Assembly (NCBI RefSeq): GCF_009914755.1
Contig: NC_060944.1
DNA length: 64,000 bases
Source of the DNA: the human T2T-CHM13v2.0 reference genome, Homo sapiens
Reading direction: 5' to 3' (one strand)
The notes beneath the pieces are model-generated. The model saw nothing but the letters and a program-made list of their open reading frames with translations, was not told the origin of the DNA and did no database searches. Positions 55,081-64,000 of this stretch are shown here, in pieces. Both the position numbers and the translations under genes were made by a program. Position 1 is the first letter of the stretch. Every line of letters begins with the position of its first letter.

Positions 55081-58000
55081 CTAGTTTTGGTAGAAATTTG
55101 TGATTTTTTTTTTTTTTTTCTACCTTCAGAACTGCATGAACAAGACTGACTGACCTCCGGGCTCCAACTTTTCTTTGCAATTGTTCCAGCTCTCTGTGAA
55201 TTTTTAAGGTTGTTTTCTTAGCCTGACACTGCCGACTTCATCTGAAGCCTGGAAACATTTTTTTTTTTTCTTTTGGCAAGTAACACTTGAAATTGTTTAC
55301 TCAGATGACCTATTAAGAGAAATTTAACTTTGAATAATTTGATCCATGGAAAATTAAGTTAGCTAAATGTAATATTGAAGATGGTAGACAACTGTAGCAG
55401 AAATGAATTCTTTGTAATATTTATTTGTGCACTTTACAGAATTTTATTTATACACTTTGCAGTGTGTCTCCAGAAAAATATATCATCTTTTGGTTTTTGG
55501 TTCCTTGATATTTTAAGGAAATGAGCTTTTCCTCAGAGTGCTTTTTCCAAATAAACTTTGGAAGAAGGAAAATATTTAAAATGATGGCCTTTGGTGTGGG
55601 CTTCACTGTGAGATCACTGGATTTCCCTTGATAAAGGATCATCCCACTCTGTCTGGCTTAGCTGGGCCTAAGGCCTCGAAAAGTGAAGAGGATGCTTGGC
55701 CTGTGTTTCAAGACCAAAGTCAGGCTGGCAGGGCACTGCCCTATGGGGATGGCCAGGAGTGCCTACAGGTCAGCTATTGACTGGCCCGAAGCCCACAGTT
55801 AACAGTTAAATGTGAGCTGCAGTTGACGAGGGAAACCGGGAAGTCTATATGAGAGAAGCAACAGGAGGGGAGGTTCAAGGGGTGCCTGTGGTCCATAAAC
55901 AAGAACTGGAGTCCAGGCACAGACCAGCAAGCAGAAAACATGCGTTCAGGGTACTGGCCATGAACAGTGTCAGGATCCCACTGTTTGGGGTTTAAACTGT
56001 GACATCAGAGTGGGCTGGTTTAAAATCAGAGGGCTGGACATGACCAGTCTACAAAGCATGATAGGGCCAACATTGTCATCTTTTACATGAAAAAAACAAG
56101 AACCAGAGGGGATAAACAACCGCCCAAGGTCAGAGGGCTTGTCAGAAGTAACATAGGGCCACCCAACACCCGTGCAGTGCTCAATACCCATTAATAATTG
56201 AAGAGAAAATCTGAGGTCTGCACAATCTCGAGTAGCACTGTCCAGTAGGAACAAGATGTGAGCTACAAGCGTACTTTTAAATTTTCTATTAGCTACATTA
56301 CAAAAGTACAAAGAAACAGGTGAAATTAATTTTAATAATATGTTTTATTTGACCAAATGTTTCCGAAATACTAGAAATGACAAATTGCAATTAGGTTAAT
56401 GTGGTTATTGCTGGGTTTGAACCCAAGAAAGAACTAAATTTAAAGACTTAAGATTCATCTGTACATTATTTCACTAGCTTATGTAACTTGAACTTCTTTC
56501 TGAAGTTGTAATTCTCATAATGATTCAAATCACAGCTGTTGAGATTCTTAAGTGGAACAGATTTGGAACTAATGTGATCTGCTTTTTAATTTGTATCAAA
56601 TTGTGTGCTGAATTATTTAGATAGGGTAATAGTAGCTGCTGTAACAGAGAAGTCCTCCAGATTTCTGTGTTAACACAAGAGAAGTTTATTTCTTTCTCAT
56701 GGAATGTTCTAGTCTATAGTTGCACCTGTTGCAAGAAGGGGTCCATGGACTCCAGAACCTTCTATCTTTAGGCCTTTCCCTCCTCAACTTGGCTTCCAAG
56801 GTTGCTGTGCTTCTTTGCATTAAGGGGAAAGAGCATGGAGGATTTGGGGTAGCAGGGTTTTATGGACTAGATGCTCACCGATGCTCACATTCCATTGGCG
56901 GAGCTCAGTCACATGACAACCTCTAACCTCAAGGGAGGCTGGCCCATGTACATCAGTGGAATGTAGAAAGAAGAAGAAACAGGTTTGGTGAACTGCTAGC
57001 TAGTCTCTGCTACATTAATTTCCCCCAAACTTGTTTCTTCTGAAAAAGCAAATTTCCCAATTTTTCTTTATGCTTATCTCATTTTCAAAAGCCAAATACC
57101 ACCATTATAGAAAAATCATAACCCAAATTTATGTCTGCCAAGGCTGGCTATAGCTCTTGCTTTAATCTTCATAACAATTCCCTCATCAAGTGAAACAATT
57201 TTATTCTCTTTTCACCTTGTGGGGGTCATCAATGAGGCAGAAATTGTCCCAGTGGTGCCATTTGCAAATTGCATCTTTTCTTTGGTAATAAAAGAACCCT
57301 GCGGAAAATAATGAATGCTTTTGTATAGATGAAGTCATTTGGCAATTGTGTGGAAAGAACTTGGGTTCTGGAGTAAATCCTAAATCCCAACTCCACCACT
57401 TTCGACCTGTGTGATGCCAAGTGGCTTCCTAAATTATTTAGACCTCATTTCCACCCTCTGTAAAATGCAAATTAAGATGCCTTCTTCCCAGGCTTGTGGT
57501 AATCATTCAGTGAAGTAAGCTTTGCAGAGCAGCTGCAAATCATAGTATGTGCTTAATAAATTGTAGCCATATTATCTTTGCTACCAGAAATACAGTGGAA
57601 GGTAGACTGATGGAGATCATTTATAGGAATTTACCACTCTGCAGGCACATTAGAACTTTGTGGGAATAAGATTGTTTTAATGATGAATAGATTATTTAGT
57701 GTCATTCAGCAACAATACCACATTCTTACAGGTTGGGCTGCGTGTAGGAGACATACAGTGGTATTAACTACGAGGCTTCTGACTAATAAGTTTCTGGCCT
57801 AAGAGTCCACTATGTAAACAAACAGGATGAAATAGGGAGTAGAGGATTTTCTACTTTATACTAATGAAGAGTTTAAAGTCTCAGGCTCTAGCAGAAAGGG
57901 CCAGACACTATTTGTTTTTTCTAGCTTTGACATCCCTTTAGGGCATTTTTATTGAGACATTTTTTTAAACACTGTTCTTTAAAAGCAGCCCAGGCAGCCT

Positions 58001-58332
58001 AATTTGGTGAGTGGTGTCTGGAATCTTTCTGAAACACAGGTAAAGGATGATAAAACTCTGCTGTTAGATGCAGAGATTTTGTGGATCTATTTGTAAAGTC
58101 CTTTAGACATTTCAAAGCATTTTCACATTCATTAGCTCATTGGAACATGTTTGGCTCTTGGAATAAATACCTCAAGGTCAGGAAAAACGGTATGATGATG
58201 CCCAGTTGATAGATTAGTTAGTCTGAGAGCAAAGCAAGTCGAGTTAAAGAACTGAGAATTCAGAGTCATAAATGCAAAAACAAACATAGGGATTATGGTT
58301 TCTAGTGGCTTCTAAACCCTTTTCCTCTAAGC

Positions 58333-58554
58333 CAGGGCTCAACAAACAAGAGCCCTTGGCCACAGGGGGCCTGTCGACTGTCTTTGTGAATAAAGTTTTA
58401 TTGGAACACAGCCACACACATCCATTTATGTGTTTCTATGGCAACTTTTGCTCTATGAAGGCTGAATTGAGTAGTTGCAACACAGACCACAGGGCTTGAA
58501 AAGCCTAAAATATTTATTCTTGGGCCTTTACAGAAATGTTTGCTGCTGCCCCTG
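58333..58554. mobile_element. MER58A-like MITE
   Basis: aataaagttttattggaacacagccac...ggcctttacagaaatgtttgctgctgcccctg. Confidence 0.85.
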
Positions 58555-59876
58555 GTTCCAGGCTCTGTGACAGTTGCCTCATGTGCTCTGCAGGGGAGGT
58601 TGAGGCAGGAATGACATTTCCAAGGTCCTCTCTACTCTCCCTGATCCTTCCCCCAGGTGGTGCCTGTGCCATATTGCATATTTTTAATGTCACCCCTGGG
58701 CTGGGGGTCTGTGATTCAGGTACTCTCCCCTCCTCCTGCCCCCACCCACTGGCACACAATCAAAAAAACTCCAATATTTTTCCTTTCGTATGTTAGGGAT
58801 CTGTTTAAAATTTTATTTGAAGAGTAAAAGTTTACCCCCTAAAAGAGCTTGAAACCACGGGCCTGGAACACCCCTTGCTCCAGAGCATCTGGGTCTCCAG
58901 ACCACATGTCTAGTACTCATTCTACCTTGGAATTGCTTTCCTCTGGGGTTCCACAGTAAAGCAGCCACTTAGGGTTGTCCACCTGTACTCATGGCTTGCT
59001 CTGCACGATGACAGTTTCCCCAGAGCTTATCTCACAGGCACCCCCGGAGCAGTGAGCAATGCACTCAACTGTGTGTAGAGACCATGGGTATTACAGCGGG
59101 GTGCTGGGAACACCCACCTTGGGGGGTGGAGAGCCTGCAAGAGAAGTCACCTCCTGGTCCCAACACACCTCTCGGCTGCACTGTGGCCTATGACAGTGAT
59201 AAGCCACATAGTGCTGCTTCCTCCTGGCCTGGGAGCACATGTGGCCTTGGCCATGTCTCTACCCCCTGGGGTTCACTCCCACCCACCTGGCTCCCCACTC
59301 CTCAATCATTTCTGGAGCAGCAGTGTGCCCAGGGGACTTGGGGCTCTTTTCTTCAATCTCTTACTGAGATTGTTACACAGATAATCTCATTTTGCAGATG
59401 AAGCTTCAGGTTTAGAGACATGAGGGGCACCTCCAGGGCTCCCTGCTAGTTGGCACTAGAGCAAGGACCAGGACTCTAAGGTTGCCTGTCTCCCAAAGCC
59501 TTGTTTGTGTGTGGTCAGCCTTAGGTCACATAATCTGGGTTGCCAGGTGGGCTCTGTTCTGCCCCCTTTTAAGCGCTCTCAGATGTCTTAGGACCACCAC
59601 CACCAGCAGCAGCAGCCCCTGGGTGCCTGTTACAAATGCTCATCCTTGAGCTGCACCTGCGCCCTACTGGATTGGAACCTCTGAAAGGCAGGCCCAGCCA
59701 TCTGGGTTGTAACAAGCCCTCCAGGGGCTTGTGAGGCACACTCAAGTGTGAGGATCCCTGGCTTAGCTCATTGGAGGCACCTGTGGAGATTTTAAACCCA
59801 GGTCCACCCCAGGCCAGGAAAATCTCAGCCTCTGGGACTGGGAAGCAGGTGTCAGAGGTTTTCAAGCTTCCAGGGG

Positions 59877-60236
59877 GTTATAGTCTGAGTGTTTGTGTCC
59901 CTCCAGTATTCATTTGTTGAAATTCTAACTCCCAAGGTGATAGTGTTAGAAGATGGAGCTTTTAGGGGAACGATTAGGTCATGAGATCAGTCCCCTCAGG
60001 AATAGGATTTAGTGTTCTTATAAAAGAGGCCTGAGAGAAAGCCCTCACCCCTTCCACCTTGTGAGGCTAGAGTGAGAAAATGTCATCTATGAACCAGCAT
60101 GCAGGCCCTCCACCAGACACCAAGCCTGCTGGCATCTTGATCTTGGACTTCCCAGCCTTCAGAGCTGTGAGAAATAAATTTCTGTTGTTTATAGGCCACC
60201 CAGTCTATGGTGTTCTATTATAGCAGCGTGAACAGC
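59877..60236 (+). mobile_element. MaLR LTR (MST/MLT1A-like)
   Basis: gtttgtgtccctcc...cttgatcttggacttcccagccttcagagctgtgagaaataaatttctgttgtttata. Confidence 0.88.
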
Positions 60237-62276
60237 AGGTGAGAATGGTGGCCTGAGACCCACCTCTTGCATGGGTGGTCTCTGTCAAGCTGGCTCAGGG
60301 TAGAATAGCTGGGCTTGCAAGGCCTAGAATCTTCAACAAGCTGGCAAACAGATGAATAAAGGGAGACCGCCAGCCACATGTAAGACACCAAACCTGTCTT
60401 CCAGCAGGGTCTATGTGTGTTCAGCACTACTCCCAAGCCCTGTGAACATTTGTTTCTTCACTCTATCTTGGAGACCACGGGTTTTGTTTCTAAGCTTTCT
60501 TGCCCTGGGAAACACCAGGGTGTGTTTCACACTAGCTGCATTTTAAAATCTCTTTGTATTGAAGTCAACAGGGAATGTTCCTGCCTTGTCCTATTTGTGG
60601 GTCTAATCTTGCCATCGGGTCCTCAGTTGCCTCAGCACTTGCCACTCCCACCCACTCAGAAGCCAGGGCTGGCCGAGGTAACAGGGCGAGGTGCCCCTGG
60701 GGCTGAGGGCAGGGCCTTGGGGCACATCTCCCGGCTGCTCTCTGACACTCCCAGGCCTGGGTGGACTCTGGTGCTTCGGGGTGGAATGAGGCCCAGGGAG
60801 GCCCAGGTAGGCCTGGTCTCTCTCCCCAAAGGCTCTCCAGGCCTGATGAGTTTCTCAGCAGGCTCCATGAACAATGGGGGTGGCCTGTCTGAGGGCTGTG
60901 AAGGTCAGGGATGGTCTGAGCTACACCAGTGAGTGCGCTTTGGTTTGGTCAGAGGCACCAAGCACAGTCTATCCCTGGCTAGTGGGCCACGGCCACACCT
61001 CGGTTTGTGTGCCCTGGAGTAGGTTCCACTGAGGCCCAGGACTATGTTCACATTCCACCTTGGAGAGTAAGTTTAAATAGGTACATGTCTAGGCTATCCT
61101 ACGGACGCTTCTGAGGTTCCTGATAGAGTGTGACTCCCATTTCTTTTGGCTGAAATGTCTATAATAGAACAATAAAATCCTTGAACTAAAGATTAGCAGC
61201 CTTTTTTAGAAGCTGACTCAGAACAAAATGGATTTGGGCCCAGCCCAGTGGCTCATCCATCCCTGTCAAAACCTTTGTGCCAGGAGCTCAGCCTGGCTCC
61301 CCAGCCCTGGGCCTGCAGGAGACCTCAGGGCCCACTCAGTGTCCACGTTATTGGGATCAGGGACACTGATATGAAAAAAAGAAAAAAGGCAAGAAGCTGC
61401 AGACCCCTGGGACAGGCTCTGGAAGGAGCAGAGGACTGGGTCCAAAGAGCAGGCTGGACTCAGTGAAGCTTCTGTGACCTCAGTTGATAAATGGGCACTC
61501 ACAGTACCCACCCTGTCTTGGGGTCATGAGGGAACCTTTCAGATAGATAAGGAGAGGCCACATTTTGTAATTGTAGGTACTTCTGAGCAGAGTGATGGAT
61601 GTAGGGCCTGGGCATCACAGGCCTGGGGAGGACCCATGGGCTGTGGGACCCTGGACCAGCCGCGTAATCTCTCAAAGCCTTGGTTCCCTTCCCTGAGCAG
61701 TGGGGATCATTCATGAGTTGGTGGAACAAAGCGTGTCAAGTCTTTAACACACAGCCAGTGCTCAGTCCCTGAGTGGATGCCCATTTTCCAAGCACCCACT
61801 TTGCAACAGTCCTGAGGGGTCCTGCAAACGGAGTCTCAGCTTGTCACACTTAAGAGATTGTAGTTATTATTCATGCTGCTGATTCCTTTCTCTGGTTTTT
61901 AGGGCGTGGGAGTTTTCTACTATGGGAGGCAGGTAAAATGAATTTGACAGGCACTAATACTACAAAAACCCAGGCGGAAAGTAAAAATAGTCTTAGTTGT
62001 CAAAGCACAGGAGCCAGTCACACGAACAGCCTGTCAGTATCAAGGTAAGCCTCCCCGTGGAGCTTTTTCTGGGGAACGGGAATTCCACTTCTGCTGAAAT
62101 CTTGTTGACTTGCCCTGGGTAAATTTATAGAAAAATCACGGATGATGGGGATTTTGGTCTGTAGGCCGAGTATGCAGGCTGGGTGTGTAGAATGGATAGC
62201 AGTGGTCGCAGGGATGAGGTTGAGAGGCAGAAGCAGGTGGGAAAGGAGGGTTTGATCTGCACTTGACTGACCTTCT

Positions 62277-62641
62277 TGTCGTAGTCTGCTCAGGCTGCTA
62301 AAACAAAATGCCATAGACTGAATGTCGTCTAAACGACAGAAATTTATTTCTTACAGTTCTGGAAGCTGGAAGTCCAAGGCCAAGGCACTGGCAGATTCAG
62401 TGTCTGGTGAGGACCTGTTTCCTGGTTCATGGTTAGCGCCTTCTTACTCTGTCCTCACACTGAGGAAGGGGCAAGGGAGCCCTTTGGAGTCTCTTTTATA
62501 GATTTAGTAATCCTATTCTTAATCATCTTCCCAAAGGTCTTACCTCCTAATCACCTTGCCAAAGGTCCTACCCCCTGCCTTGGGGGCTAGGAATTTAGCA
62601 TGAGAATTTGGGGGGAACATATAAGCATGAAGACCATAGCA
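62277..62641 (-). mobile_element. MaLR LTR (MLT1A-like)
   Basis: caggctgctaaaacaaaatgccatagactg...cttacagttctggaagctggaagtccaag...accatagca. Confidence 0.85.
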
Positions 62642-62892
62642 CCCTTGCATCCATAGGACCATTGAGGTGGGAGGCTGCCCTTTGGACAATGTCTTTCCAC
62701 ATTCCAGCAACACAGTTTCCCCACTGCCTGCTCCATTTTAACCACAAATACTAGGCCAATTTATTAAATTGAGTTATTTAATACTGAATTTAAAGGAAGG
62801 AGAGTTGTAACGCAGCTGCACCTCCCCACTCTCAGCCATTTTTATCCAATTGCCCTGGTTTCATGCAGGACATTGGCCCCTTTGTGGAATCA

Positions 62893-63240
<348 letters not shown>

Positions 63241-63433
63241 TTAAGGATGCCCAAGCAAAATTACTCAGTGCCTGGCTCTGCTTAGTGGTTCTCAGGAGGA
63301 CAGAATTCCTCAGTAATTCCCACTATAAATATAGAATTACTGTCCCATCAATGCCACAATTCGATGTGCTGTTTATTTAAAATTTTGCTTCCTCTGTCTC
63401 CTCATTCAGTCTCAAGAATCTTGCCTTTAGGTC

Positions 63434-63726
63434 CAGTGGTCCCTTGGTATCCACGGGGGATTGGTTCTAGGACACCCCCCCACCTCAGAATATCAGAATG
63501 CATGGGTCCTCAAGTCCCTGATATAAAATGGCATAGCATTTGCATATAACCTATGCACATCCTCCCATACACTTTAAATCATCTCTAGGTTGCTTATAAT
63601 ACCTAATACCTAATACAATGCCTATACATCACTTCATTTACGTGGATTCAATGTAGTACTTGAGACGTGGCAAATTTAAGTTTTGCTTTTTGGAACTTTG
63701 TGGAATTTTTTTTCCAATTATTTTTT
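63434..63726. mobile_element. MER2 (Tigger-family) relic
   Basis: cagtggtcccttggtatccacgggggattggttctaggac...caagtccctgatataaaatggcatag. Confidence 0.85.
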
Positions 63727-63844
63727 AATGGAAAACTCTAGCATTTATTCATAAAATCTATAAATGGAAATCAAACCATTTTAATTAATTACTCTAGTCA
63801 AAATTACTTTTAATCAATAAACACTTTTTTTCTTTAAAGAAAAA

Positions 63845-64000
63845 ATTTAATTGTATTTTATATTAAGTTCTGGGATACAGGTGCAGGATATGCAGGTTTG
63901 TGCTTTGGTGATTTGCTGCACCTATCAACCCATCACCTAGGTATTAAGCCCCACATGCATTAGCTATTTATCCTGATGCTCTTTCTCCCCCTTCTCCCCA
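63845..64000 (-). mobile_element. L1PA 3' end (antisense), running off the window
   Basis: ttaagttctgggatacaggtgcagga...tttgctgcacctatcaacccatcacctaggtattaagcc. Confidence 0.9.

Overview
Primate (almost certainly human) genomic DNA, repeat-rich and nearly all intronic. The only protein-coding sequence I can support is a 129-bp internal exon at 50508-50636 (+) encoding (E)LDLMDLIGEDRKWMMARKLMQVNDTLTSEDAGLRNSKNCTEP(A). I recognise this as exon 2 of SLC24A3 (NCKX3, K+-dependent Na+/Ca2+ exchanger 3). The window is therefore the distal part of intron 1, exon 2 and the start of intron 2. This haplotype has Ile where the reference protein I recall has Val55. An antisense lncRNA (SLC24A3-AS1/LOC100130264) is recalled to overlap the region, but I cannot define its exons from sequence. 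The rest is Alu, L1, L2, MIR, MaLR/ERVL LTR and hAT/Tigger relics plus microsatellites, and the other ORFs in the track look spurious. The notable structure is an 8-kb cluster (41.6-49.6 kb) of local duplications just upstream of exon 2 that do not correspond to whole transposons: a 187-bp direct duplication, a ~620-bp fold-back palindrome (~270-bp arms, 37-nt loop), a 66-bp tandem duplication and a 323-bp inverted repeat (4 mismatches) flanking a 1.6-kb spacer. These predict long non-Alu dsRNA hairpins in the pre-mRNA and a candidate small inversion substrate. I found no evidence of a new protein-coding system. Repeat family names and most repeat boundaries are by eye and approximate.
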